64,000 bases of DNA from a virus (lineage: Duplodnaviria > Caudoviricetes): IMG/VR virus record IMGVR_UViG_3300005439_000018, positions 13,297 through 77,296 of that record; one strand, 5' to 3'. How positions within the stretch are numbered: position 1 is the first letter of the stretch; each line of letters starts with the position of its first letter. Of the stretch, positions 17,425 to 25,780 are shown one piece after another. The position numbers and the translations under genes are program-made. The notes below the pieces were generated by a model. The model saw only the letters and a program-made list of their open reading frames with translations. It had not been told where the DNA came from and ran no database searches.

Positions 17425-18344
17425 GGATGGCGTACCTGGCCGGTCCGATAGACCAGGTGTTCAACCAGTCCCGGGAGTCGGCGCGGGTCTGGGACGAGCT
17501 GCGGTCGCGGGTGGTCCACGACCTGACCGGTGCCGGGTTCGAGGTGTTCCGGCCGGACCGGGCGTTCCACACCGCCAGCCAGTCGGCCGCCATCCAGCGG
17601 GTCAACAACGCCGTGATCGACATGTGCCAGGCGGGGGTGGTGTTCCTGCCCTCGGGCGTCCCGACGCTGGGCACGCCGGTTGAGGTCGAGCGCATGCTGG
17701 CCCGCCGGATGCCGGTGCTGGTGGTCAGCGACGTGCTGTTCTCGGTGCAGCTGGCCGACTGGGCCGACCGGGGGGCGGTGGTGTGCGCCCCGGACCTGGT
17801 GGCCGAGAACCTGATGGTGCTGGCCCGCGCGGTCACCGAGGCCCAGAACCGGCCGACGCTGCGGCGTGCGGCCGAGCAGCTGGCCTCCCAGCTGCGGCAG
17901 GGGAACCCGGCGTTCGGGCCCCGGCCGCTGGTGTTCGAGGCGATGCGGGAGGGGGCGGTGCTGCCCAGCCGGGGCTACGAGGACGACGCGGGGCTGGACC
18001 TGTACGTCAGCGAGGGGGTCGTGATCGAGCCCCACTCGTTCAAGGACGTGCCGTGCGGCGTCTCGGTCGACATCCCGGACGGGTACTGGGGGATGATCAC
18101 CGGCCGCAGCTCGACCCTGCGGCGCCACGGCCTGCTGGTCTCCCAGGGGGTGATCGACGCGGGCTGGACCGGCGAGCTGTTCGCCGGGGTGCAGAACCTG
18201 ACCGACCGTACGGTGGGGATCGGGGCGGGCGACCGGCTGGCCCAGCTGATCCTGCTCCCGGCGCCGGTGCGGGACCGGGCCCCCGAGTGGGGACGGGTGC
18301 CCGCCAAGGCCCGGGGGACCAACGGGTTCGGGAGCACCGGGTGA
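17421..18344 (+). CDS. Nucleoside 2-deoxyribosyltransferase-like domain fused to a trimeric dUTPase-like domain
   Basis: N-terminal YLAGP...F.P...GT.VE (NDT fold); C-terminal AGLDL, GRSS, GVIDAGWTGEL, RLAQL, RGTNGFGSTG. Confidence 0.8.
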   Translation: MRMAYLAGPIDQVFNQSRESARVWDELRSRVVHDLTGAGFEVFRPDRAFHTASQSAAIQRVNNAVIDMCQAGVVFLPSGVPTLGTPVEVERMLARRMPVLVVSDVLFSVQLADWADRGAVVCAPDLVAENLMVLARAVTEAQNRPTLRRAAEQLASQLRQGNPAFGPRPLVFEAMREGAVLPSRGYEDDAGLDLYVSEGVVIEPHSFKDVPCGVSVDIPDGYWGMITGRSSTLRRHGLLVSQGVIDAGWTGELFAGVQNLTDRTVGIGAGDRLAQLILLPAPVRDRAPEWGRVPAKARGTNGFGSTG

Positions 18345-18562
18345 TCGCTCCGGACGGCGGGAGCCGCCGGGACCCGGACGCGGCCCGCCCGGCCCCCATG
18401 TGGGGCCGGGACCCGGTGGTTACCGACGTCCTGTGCAAGGGGTGCGCGTCCCAGCCCGACGGCACCGAGCGGCGGCACTTCCTGCACCGGGTCTACGCGG
18501 GCAAGACGCTGGTGCTGGTGTGCAGCCGCTGCGACGGCGGGCGGCTCAACGGGGTGAAGTGA
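18341..18562 (+). CDS. Small zinc-ribbon protein
   Basis: Two CxxC motifs; coupled. Confidence 0.55.
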   Translation: MIAPDGGSRRDPDAARPAPMWGRDPVVTDVLCKGCASQPDGTERRHFLHRVYAGKTLVLVCSRCDGGRLNGVK

Positions 18563-18581
18563 GGCGCGGGGACAGGTTGGC

Positions 18582-18611
18582 TTGACAGACAGGCAATCCC
18601 TATGGTAGAAT
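18582..18611 (+). promoter_or_regulatory. Sigma-70-type promoter with operator palindrome
   Basis: TTGACA-N18-TAGAAT. Confidence 0.85.
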
Positions 18612-18662
18612 TTCATTCAGAGGGGCCGACAGGCGGCCCCGCCCGATAGGGAGGCACCCGAG

Positions 18663-19310
18663 ATGGCCAAGTCCACCACCGCCCCGAAGACCGAGACGGT
18701 CGTCGAGGAGATCGAGCTCAAGCCGTGCCTGTGCCAGTTCATCGAGATCGAGACGTGGACCGGCGACGTCCCGGACGGCGGCGACCCGAACGACTACGTC
18801 GAGTACATCGGCACCGGATGCAAGGGACGGCTCACCAGCCGGACGTTCGCGCCGGGCCACGACGCCAAGCTCAAGAGCCTGCTGATCCGGGCGGGGGCGA
18901 TGGGCGCCGGGGTCCGCCAGCAGCTCGGCGGCCTGGCCACCGTCGGCGGTGCCCAGAAGGTCGCCGACCAGTTCGGGTTCGGCCACCAGGTCGCCCACGG
19001 CATCGAGCGGGCGCTGGTCGCGGCCGATGCCAAGGCCAACGACAAGGCGGCCAAGGAGCAGGCGAAGGCCGAGGCCAAGGCCGCGAAGAAGGCCGAGGCC
19101 GACGCGGCCAAGGCGGCCTCCCTGGAGGCCGCCAAGCCCAAGAAGGCGGCCAAGGCCGAGCCCGGCCCGGTCAAGGTCCGCATCAAGGTCGGGCCGCGCT
19201 GGCAGTACGACGCGGTGGTCGACACCAAGACCGGCATCGCGACCTACACCACGGCCAAGGGCGAGGTCAAGACGGCCACCGAGGACAAGTGGTCGCTGGT
19301 CACCACGTGA
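18663..19310 (+). CDS. Hypothetical protein with an Ala/Lys-rich linker
   Basis: GGAGG RBS; CxC...C...FAPGHDAKLKS motif seen in actinophage proteins. Confidence 0.75.
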   Translation: MAKSTTAPKTETVVEEIELKPCLCQFIEIETWTGDVPDGGDPNDYVEYIGTGCKGRLTSRTFAPGHDAKLKSLLIRAGAMGAGVRQQLGGLATVGGAQKVADQFGFGHQVAHGIERALVAADAKANDKAAKEQAKAEAKAAKKAEADAAKAASLEAAKPKKAAKAEPGPVKVRIKVGPRWQYDAVVDTKTGIATYTTAKGEVKTATEDKWSLVTT

Positions 19311-19387
19311 GACCGCACCGCCGCCGGACCCCGCCGCGACCACCGGGCGGGGTCCGTCCGTGTCCGGCGGGTACTCCGCCGGGGGGA

Positions 19388-19416
19388 TTGACCACGGGTC
19401 AATCCGGTGGTATGGT
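19388..19416 (+). promoter_or_regulatory. Promoter with operator palindrome
   Basis: TTGACC-N17-TATGGT; GGATTGAC-N5-GTCAATCC inverted repeat. Confidence 0.7.
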
Positions 19417-19468
19417 GGAGGGGAGGGGGTCGGCGTCCGCCGGTCCCACCGACCGGAGGGTGTTCGAC

Positions 19469-19702
19469 ATGATGGCCATCACCGAGGCGCTGGAGAAGCT
19501 GGGGATCCACGACCCGGCCGCTCTGCGGACCCTGCGCACCGTGTTCGCGGTGCTCACCGAGACCGCAGAGTCCGGCGACGAGACGATCGACCTGCTCGGG
19601 CCGCTGGCCCTGTTCGGGTCCCGGACGGCGATCCGGCTGCACCAGCTGCGCGGGGACGCCGAGGCGGTCGCCGGGGTGCTGCTGGACAACCTGGGGGCCT
19701 GA
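19469..19702 (+). CDS. Hypothetical protein
   Basis: GGAGG RBS downstream of the promoter. Confidence 0.6.
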   Translation: MMAITEALEKLGIHDPAALRTLRTVFAVLTETAESGDETIDLLGPLALFGSRTAIRLHQLRGDAEAVAGVLLDNLGA

Positions 19703-19717
19703 CCCCCGGCCAGGGTA

Positions 19718-19746
19718 TTGACACAGAGGCAATACCCTGGTAGGAT
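19718..19746 (+). promoter_or_regulatory. Promoter with operator palindrome, leaderless start
   Basis: TTGACA-N17-TAGGAT, ATG 7 nt downstream; 10-bp inverted repeat CAGGGTATTG/CAATACCCTG. Confidence 0.85.
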
Positions 19747-19752
19747 GTACAT

Positions 19753-19956
19753 ATGGGAAGCAGACATCAGGCAGTGTTGGAGCTGGTACGTGAGATGCGC
19801 CAGCTGGGCTGCGAGGTCCGGCAGGCGAAAAACGGCCACAAGGTCACGCTGCGGGGGGCGTTCGTAGGCACCATCCCGGTCCTGCCGGGGGACCACCGGA
19901 CCATGGAGAACGTCCGCCACCAACTGATCAAGAAGATACCGCAGATCCGCGCGTAG
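19753..19956 (+). CDS. HicA-like small protein
   Basis: 67 aa, LG..V...NGH...T.P..P.D.R...N.R pattern. Confidence 0.55.
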   Translation: MGSRHQAVLELVREMRQLGCEVRQAKNGHKVTLRGAFVGTIPVLPGDHRTMENVRHQLIKKIPQIRA

Positions 19957-19973
19957 TGCGCCCCGACCGAACA

Positions 19974-20001
19974 GCCCCCGGCCCGACGGCCGGGGGCGTT
20001 T
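19974..20001 (+). terminator. Intrinsic terminator
   Basis: GCCCCCGGC/GCCGGGGGC stem followed by GTTT. Confidence 0.6.
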
Positions 20002-20034
20002 GCGTGCCCGGGGGCCCGGCGGTACGCTGGCCCC

Positions 20035-20466
20035 ATGAGCGAAGGTGGCACGCGGCCGGTGGCCGCCCGGCTGTACCAGAGTCCGGCGGACTCCGGCGCG
20101 GCCCCCCAGTCCGACTACACCCCGCCGGGACGGCCCGCCCCGCGCGACCCGGCACAGTCCCTCGGACTGCGGCGGAACAGCCCCGAGGAGGCCTCCGACA
20201 GCCACCGGACGGACCCCACCCCATCCGTGGGCGCCCAGGTGTCCCACAGGCTCTCCGGAGCCCGGGGAGAGGTTGTCGGGCACCAGCACCACGGATACGG
20301 CCCCGCCCTCCCCACCGTCAGGTGGGAGGGCGAGGAAGCCAGCTGGCCCCAGGGTGTCTCGGCCAACGCGCTGCGGGTCGAGGGCAGCACCCCCAACGAC
20401 CTGTACCGGTACGACCAGGACGCCACCTCCAGCCGCCCGCTGAACCGGAACACGGGGGCCCAGTGA
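20035..20466 (+). CDS. Hypothetical protein with an SH3-like repeat domain
   Basis: VSHRLSGARGEVVG...PTVRWEG. Confidence 0.6.
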   Translation: MSEGGTRPVAARLYQSPADSGAAPQSDYTPPGRPAPRDPAQSLGLRRNSPEEASDSHRTDPTPSVGAQVSHRLSGARGEVVGHQHHGYGPALPTVRWEGEEASWPQGVSANALRVEGSTPNDLYRYDQDATSSRPLNRNTGAQ

Positions 20467-20735
20467 TGGCCAACAGGGCCTACACCCCCGGCGACCCCGC
20501 CGGTCTGCGCAGTACCCGCGACGCCATCCCGCAGGCCGCCGACGGCACCGGCGAGACCGCGCGGCTGGCGATCGGGGACAGGGTCCGGCACGTCCTTAGC
20601 GGAGCTCAGGGCGAGGTGGTGGACCTGCACGCCGACCCGTTCGTGAAGGACGTCACCCACGGTATCGTGAACTGGACCGGCGACGGCGACGGGTTCGGCC
20701 AGGGCTACAGCAGCACGAGCCTGACCAAGTTCTAA
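20466..20735 (+). CDS. Hypothetical protein with an SH3-like repeat domain
   Basis: RVRHVLSGAQGEVVD...IVNW. Confidence 0.6.
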   Translation: MANRAYTPGDPAGLRSTRDAIPQAADGTGETARLAIGDRVRHVLSGAQGEVVDLHADPFVKDVTHGIVNWTGDGDGFGQGYSSTSLTKF

Positions 20736-20790
20736 CCGGACGGGGTAGACTGGGGGGCGCGATCCCGCCCCCGACAGACTGGAGTACCCC

Positions 20791-21015
20791 GTGGCTGTGG
20801 AAGCCCGATTCAACTGCGACGTCAAGAACGTCATCGACCAGGTGTCCTGCGACGTCCGGCTGTCCGCCTCGATCTCGGGCCGCGACAACACCGAGTGGGC
20901 CCCGTACACCCCGTCCGGCCAGATCACCATGGTTATCAACGGCGCGGCCGGTGCCGAGTTCGTGCAGGGCGGCCGGTACCGCGTCACCTTCGAGCGGCTC
21001 GAGGACGGCCAGTGA
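20791..21015 (+). CDS. Hypothetical protein
   Basis: ENxxW-like TPSGQITMVI...F..G..Y.VTF pattern common in phage proteins. Confidence 0.65.
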   Translation: MAVEARFNCDVKNVIDQVSCDVRLSASISGRDNTEWAPYTPSGQITMVINGAAGAEFVQGGRYRVTFERLEDGQ

Positions 21016-21278
21016 GGCGGCCGGTGGTCGGCGAGACCGTCCACTACGTCAGCCACGGCACCCCGACGCGCACCGACGGTACCCGGGCCTTCGAGTCGGT
21101 GTGCCGGGCTGCGATCGTCACCGAGACCAGCCAGGACCCGGACGGCCCCGGCCGGGGGTGGTTCGCCAGCCTGGCCGTGCTGAACCCGTCCGGCATGTTC
21201 TTTCAGGAGGGCCTGGCCCTGGACGCCGACGGCCCCTATTACGCGCCGGGTACCTGGCACCCGGTCCACCCGTCGTGA
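21012..21278 (+). CDS. Hypothetical protein
   Basis: RPVVGETVHYV...RAAIVT...GTWH pattern common in phage proteins. Confidence 0.65.
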   Translation: MRRPVVGETVHYVSHGTPTRTDGTRAFESVCRAAIVTETSQDPDGPGRGWFASLAVLNPSGMFFQEGLALDADGPYYAPGTWHPVHPS

Positions 21279-21526
21279 GCGAGTCGATCGGGGACGCCAT
21301 CTCCCAGCGGATGGTCGAGGTCAGCGGCGAGGACGGCGTCCTGACCGAGTGGCTGTGCATCGGCGTCCGCCAGACGCTGGACGAGGACGGCACCCCGCAG
21401 ACGGGCGTCGGTGTCCTGATGTCGGACGAGTCGATGCCGCTGTTCAAGGTGCTGGGCATGCTGGACTACGCCCAGACCGCCTACCGGGCCCGCCTGGCCC
21501 GGTTCACGCAGGGGGACGACGAGTGA
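21275..21526 (+). CDS. Hypothetical protein
   Basis: Coupled start. Confidence 0.6.
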   Translation: MSESIGDAISQRMVEVSGEDGVLTEWLCIGVRQTLDEDGTPQTGVGVLMSDESMPLFKVLGMLDYAQTAYRARLARFTQGDDE

Positions 21527-21924
21527 CCCTCCGGCTGCCCGTCACCATGCTGGCCGACATCATCCGCCACGTCGACCGAGAGCACCCGAACGAGGCGTGC
21601 GGCGTGATCGGCGGGTCGCCCAACGGGACCCTGGTCGAGGTGATCCCGATGACCAACGCCGACGCGTCGCCGGACTGGTTCCGGCTGGACCCCGAGCAGC
21701 AGATGCTGGTCTGGCAGGACCTGGAGTACCGGGGGCTGCGGCCGGTGGTGCTGTACCACAGCCACACCGCCACCCCCGCCGTCCCCAGCCGGACGGACGA
21801 GGCGTTCGCGGCCGACCACCCCGACTCGGTGTTCCTGATCGTGTCGGCCCGGGACGGCATGGCCCGGTGCTTCCGGACCGAGGGCGGGCGGCTGGTCGAG
21901 GAAGACGTCGATCTGGTCGTCTGA
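21523..21924 (+). CDS. JAB/Mov34 (MPN+) metalloisopeptidase
   Basis: EACG...YHSHT...PSRTD: complete JAMM motif E...HxH...S..D. Confidence 0.9.
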   Translation: MTLRLPVTMLADIIRHVDREHPNEACGVIGGSPNGTLVEVIPMTNADASPDWFRLDPEQQMLVWQDLEYRGLRPVVLYHSHTATPAVPSRTDEAFAADHPDSVFLIVSARDGMARCFRTEGGRLVEEDVDLVV

Positions 21925-21999
21925 CGCGGCCCGGCGCACACATGCCACTCCCCCCGACCGGATGCCCGGCGGGGGGAGTGGTGTAGGGGGGCGGGCGGG

Positions 22000-22431
22000 T
22001 CACCAGTCGGGGTGGACCGCCTTGCGCAGCTCGCCCAGCGCGTGCTCGGCCCCGGCCTCGTAGGCCATCGCCCAGGTGGCGAACTGAACCGACCGGAACC
22101 CGCACGCGCAGGTGGACCGCATCGTGTGGGGGCTGTCCTTGGCCACCTTGAAGTGATGCAGCGCCGGGTTGCTGCCGGGCGGGGGGACCGGGCTGCGGAA
22201 CCACAGCCGGACGCCCTGCCAGCGCACGGCCCCCAGGCTGTCGATGCTGGCCTGCGCCAGCGCCTGGTCGCCCTCGCGCACCATCGTGATGAACTTGTCC
22301 CGGCCGAACGGCTGGGTGGCCTTGACCGACCAGTTGCCGCTCATCGGCAGCATCTCTCCGTCGTGGATCGGCTCGACCGAATCGCCGACCTGGGGGGTGA
22401 CGTGCCCGATCTGCATCTCGTATTCGTCCAT
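22000..22431 (-). CDS. Hypothetical protein
   Basis: AGGAGG RBS behind a promoter; CACG...H motif. Confidence 0.6.
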   Translation of the reverse strand: MDEYEMQIGHVTPQVGDSVEPIHDGEMLPMSGNWSVKATQPFGRDKFITMVREGDQALAQASIDSLGAVRWQGVRLWFRSPVPPPGSNPALHHFKVAKDSPHTMRSTCACGFRSVQFATWAMAYEAGAEHALGELRKAVHPDW

Positions 22432-22474
22432 CGGGTTCCTCCTGTCGCGGGGCCGCCCCTCGGCCCCCGGTTCC

Positions 22475-22503
22475 ATCCTAGCATGGAATTGCCCCCCTGT
22501 CAA
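22475..22503 (-). promoter_or_regulatory. Promoter with operator palindrome
   Basis: TTGACA-N17-TAGGAT on the minus strand. Confidence 0.8.
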
Positions 22504-22531
22504 TATCGACAGGGGGGCGCCCCGCCGCCGG

Positions 22532-22945
22532 TCAGGCGGCCTGCGGGACCCCGGCCAGCAGGTCCCGGCACTGCGGGCAGTACACGGTGCCCTCGGGCAG
22601 GTGCCGCTCCAGCGCGGCCCGGTCCTGTCGGCACTGGGCCCCGACCCGCTTGCCGCACTCGGAGACCCCGTACCCGTTGAACGACATGGCGTGGTGCACC
22701 AGGTTGCGCGGGGTGCACGGCGCCCAGGTGGGCTCGTACCCGCCGACCTGCTGGACCGAGGCCAGCTTCACGCCGACGCAGTAGGTGTAGGCCGGGTCCG
22801 GGTTGATGTCGACCTCGACCAGTGTCCCGTGGGACGGGTGGCCCGTCAGGCGGGTCCCCACGAACCGGCCGCCGTACCAGCGCCCGCCGACCGTCTGGCC
22901 GACGACCCACTGCCCGTATGCTATCTCCGTCACTTCCTCAACCAT
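22532..22945 (-). CDS. Hypothetical Cys/His-containing protein
   Basis: Coupled leftward ORF. Confidence 0.55.
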   Translation of the reverse strand: MVEEVTEIAYGQWVVGQTVGGRWYGGRFVGTRLTGHPSHGTLVEVDINPDPAYTYCVGVKLASVQQVGGYEPTWAPCTPRNLVHHAMSFNGYGVSECGKRVGAQCRQDRAALERHLPEGTVYCPQCRDLLAGVPQAA

Positions 22946-23067
22946 TCCCGAAACGCCTCCGCCCTCTTCCGGTCCCGCCAGCGGGACACCGTGTACCCGA
23001 GCCACATGGCCCCGTAGGCGACCGGACCAGCCAGCGCCACCGTCAGGAGCCTTACCAGAGCGATCAT
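22930..23067 (-). CDS. Small membrane protein
   Basis: GGAGG RBS; hydrophobic helix. Confidence 0.5.
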   Translation of the reverse strand: MIALVRLLTVALAGPVAYGAMWLGYTVSRWRDRKRAEAFREWLRK

Positions 23068-23120
23068 TCCCGACCTCCGTCGGACTGGGGCGGGGGGTGG
23101 TGTGCCCCCCGCCCGCCGGA

Positions 23121-23381
23121 CTAGCCCTTCCTGAGCTTCCGGGCGGCCTCCGCCTGGCTGCGGTAGTGGGTGCGGTCCCACTCGCCGCCGGGCTCCCGGA
23201 AGGTCCAGGAGGGCCGGGAGTTGGGCTGCCCGTTCCCCCTGTCGTCCCCCTGCCCGCCGTTGGCGCGGCGCCCGATCCGACCGGCCCGGACCTCGCCGAT
23301 CTCCTCCCCGGTATCCCCGTCGGTCACCACGTAGGTGTCGTCGGCCCGGCCGGGTATCTTCTTGAACCGGTCCCGGCTCAC
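23121..23381 (-). CDS. Hypothetical protein
   Basis: Leftward ORF in the promoter-driven block. Confidence 0.55.
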   Translation of the reverse strand: MSRDRFKKIPGRADDTYVVTDGDTGEEIGEVRAGRIGRRANGGQGDDRGNGQPNSRPSWTFREPGGEWDRTHYRSQAEAARKLRKG

Positions 23382-23500
23382 CGGCGGTCCAGCCACAGGA
23401 CCAGCGCGACCGATGCGACCACGACGACCGAGAGCCAGACGATCCCCGATGTGCTCATTGCCCCTCCTCGCGGGGCGGCCCCTCCGCCCCTTCAACCCCC

Positions 23501-23529
23501 ATTCTATCAGGGGGTTGTCTCCCTGTCAA
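23501..23529 (-). promoter_or_regulatory. Promoter with operator palindrome
   Basis: TTGACA-N17-TAGAAT. Confidence 0.85.
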
Positions 23530-23737
23530 GCATTTTGGCGACCGGCCACCCCGTGTGCGGGTCGAGCTCGTCGGGGGAGTACCCCTCGTCCAGGTAGTAC
23601 GCGGCCCTCATGTCGTTCATCGACGTGGCCATGTCGGCCAGCTCGGCCGAGTACCGGGGCAGCCCGACCATCCGGCCCGCCAGCATCACCATGCGCAGCC
23701 AGGGTATCGACACGTCGGCCGACGTGCGGTGGCTCAC
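23507..23737 (-). CDS. Hypothetical protein
   Basis: Short ORF whose 3' end contains the next promoter. Confidence 0.4.
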   Translation of the reverse strand: MSHRTSADVSIPWLRMVMLAGRMVGLPRYSAELADMATSMNDMRAAYYLDEGYSPDELDPHTGWPVAKMLDRETTP

Positions 23738-23842
23738 CGGCCCGTCCACCTGTCGTAGTCGTCCTGGCCCTGCCGGAACCCGGCGGCCAGCGCCTGGAAC
23801 ACCGACTCCCACCATATTCTGAACCTCAACATCGTTCCCCTC

Positions 23843-24034
23843 CTAGTAGGTCGTGTTCCAGTCGGTCGCGGCCAGGTCCTCGGCCGTGGGCTCGTACGGG
23901 TGCAGGCACACGGTGTCCGTGAACAGGTACGTCTTGCCCAGGCGGTCACCGATCCAGAAGTCCTCGGCCAGCCACGGGTCGCGCCAGGCGGTCTCGCCCT
24001 CGGCTATCCGCTCGGTAACCTTCGCGTAGTCCAT
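23843..24034 (-). CDS. DUF2829/Tad2-like small protein
   Basis: G..AWR..W...and C-terminal YEPTAEDLAATDW; GGAGG RBS. Confidence 0.5.
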   Translation of the reverse strand: MDYAKVTERIAEGETAWRDPWLAEDFWIGDRLGKTYLFTDTVCLHPYEPTAEDLAATDWNTTY

Positions 24035-24090
24035 CGGGGCCCTCCTATGCTTGGGGGCGGGGGTGGTGTACCCCCGCCCCTGGCGGTGTG

Positions 24091-24330
24091 CTACTGGACG
24101 ATCTTGGTGATCCAGGCAGCCAGCGCCTGGACCTGCGGGTTCTGCTCGTCGGCCCGCGTGACGTGCCGGGCCAGGTGCATCGGGTCGTGGGCGGCCGGGT
24201 TCTGGGCCAGCTCCACCAGGCTCTCGGCCAGCGTGTCGCCGTCGTACCCGTGGGCGCGGGCGACCCGGTGGATCTCCTCGCCCTGGTCTCCGATGTGGCG
24301 GGCGGCTTCCTCGGGGGTGCGTCGTGTCAC
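24091..24330 (-). CDS. Hypothetical protein
   Basis: AAGGAG RBS behind a promoter. Confidence 0.6.
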   Translation of the reverse strand: MTRRTPEEAARHIGDQGEEIHRVARAHGYDGDTLAESLVELAQNPAAHDPMHLARHVTRADEQNPQVQALAAWITKIVQ

Positions 24331-24380
24331 TTCGTGCTCCTTCGGCCGGGGCGGTCCGGGATGGACCGCCTCCAACCTCC

Positions 24381-24409
24381 ATTCTACCACGGACTTGACA
24401 CGCTGTCAA
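24381..24409 (-). promoter_or_regulatory. Promoter with perfect operator palindrome
   Basis: TTGACA-N17-TAGAAT; CTTGACA-CGC-TGTCAAG. Confidence 0.85.
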
Positions 24410-24413
24410 GGGG

Positions 24414-24911
24414 CTAGTTCTGGCACTCCAGGTTGGCCGGGGCCGGGGTCACCACCCTGTCGATCTTGATGATGTTGGGGTACCAGGACATCCACGGGAC
24501 ACGCCACCCCCGGGACACGAACTCGACCACCGACCCCGGGCACAGCTCGTTCGTGAAGTCGCTACTGTTCCGCTTGCCCGCCAGCAGGCTGTCGTTGTTG
24601 GCGAACACCCCGTCGCTGGTGTACACCAGCGTCTGGCACGAGTAGCTCTTGCCGGTGCCGGAGCAGTGGTCGGCCACCCGGTTGATGTGGGCCGTGTGCG
24701 TACTGGTGGACCTCCGGTAGTCGGCGACCCCCCACACGGCCAGGCCCGCCAGGCCCGCCGCCAGCACCAGCCCGCACCCGATCGCGATGTTCCGGGCGCG
24801 GTTCTGGCGCTCCTGCTCCCGGCGCCGGGATTCGGCCAGCCTCTCGCGGGCGGTCGGCGGGGAGACGATCAGCGGGGTGCGGTCGTCGTCGAACCGGTAC
24901 TTGTACTCCAT
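24414..24911 (-). CDS. Single-pass membrane protein (DUF1523-like)
   Basis: TM helix, then VYTSDGVFANNDSLL...NSSD...GWRVPW.SWYPNII. Confidence 0.6.
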   Translation of the reverse strand: MEYKYRFDDDRTPLIVSPPTARERLAESRRREQERQNRARNIAIGCGLVLAAGLAGLAVWGVADYRRSTSTHTAHINRVADHCSGTGKSYSCQTLVYTSDGVFANNDSLLAGKRNSSDFTNELCPGSVVEFVSRGWRVPWMSWYPNIIKIDRVVTPAPANLECQN

Positions 24912-24964
24912 GTTGCCCTCCCTCAGGCGGGGGCGCCGGACTGCCCGGCGCCCCGGATGGTGCG

Positions 24965-25486
24965 TCAGTGCGGGTGGTGGTGCAGCTCGCCGACCGTGAC
25001 CAGGCAGACGGACTGGCCACCGGCCAGGCACCACTCCCCCTGTGCCGTGTGGTGGCGCGGCACCTTGTTCGAGCCCCACCGGATCTTGGTCCGGCGGGTG
25101 CACTTGTGGCAGTCGTACTCGGTCGGCGGCTGGGCGGGGGTGGTGTCCGGCTTCCGGAACTTGTCCAGCAGGTGTGCCGGGGCGCCTTTGGCCGTGTACA
25201 CGCTGATGTGGACGCGGTAGCTCACGCCCTCGCCGGAGTCGTGCCGCTCGTAGATCCACCCCTTCTTCCTCAGTACGTCCTCGGTCTCGTCCGCCAGCTC
25301 GCGCCGGAGCTTGGGCGACCAGACCTCGAACGTCAGGAACGCGTACGGCTTCAGCCCGTAGCGCGCGTTGGCCACCCTGACCCCGCGCGGCCTGTCCCCG
25401 ACCCGGTTCGACCAGCGCGCCACCGGCACGCCGTTCTCCCGCAGCGCCCGGGAGACGTTGCTGCACCACCCGCTGCCGCCCGCCAT
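24965..25486 (-). CDS. Hypothetical protein with a C-terminal zinc ribbon
   Basis: AGGAGG RBS; CHKC...H...C. Confidence 0.6.
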   Translation of the reverse strand: MAGGSGWCSNVSRALRENGVPVARWSNRVGDRPRGVRVANARYGLKPYAFLTFEVWSPKLRRELADETEDVLRKKGWIYERHDSGEGVSYRVHISVYTAKGAPAHLLDKFRKPDTTPAQPPTEYDCHKCTRRTKIRWGSNKVPRHHTAQGEWCLAGGQSVCLVTVGELHHHPH

Positions 25487-25703
25487 GCTGCCACCTCCTG
25501 TCCGGGGGCGGCTCAGACGGCCACCCGCACGGCCCATCCAACCACCGGCTTGCCTCGGAGTCAAGTACGGGAGGCGTGGTGCCGGTGAAACCGCGTGTGG
25601 TAGAGTCGTCTCCATACCGCCGCCGCACCAAGGCTCTGCGGAGCACAGGGCAGCTGGTAAGACTGACCCCGGTGATCGTAACCAGGTACGGCGGCGGAGG
25701 CAA

Positions 25704-25780
25704 AGCGGCGTGGAGCAGTTCGGTAGCTCGCTTGGCTCATAACCAAGAGGTCTCGGGTTCAAATCCCGACGCCGCCACCA
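25704..25780 (+). tRNA. tRNA-Met(CAT), initiator-like
   Basis: Cloverleaf with an A1/C72 mismatch, A11-U24, anticodon stem CTTGG/CCAAG with loop CTCATAA, T loop TTCAAAT, A-CCA. Confidence 0.92.
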
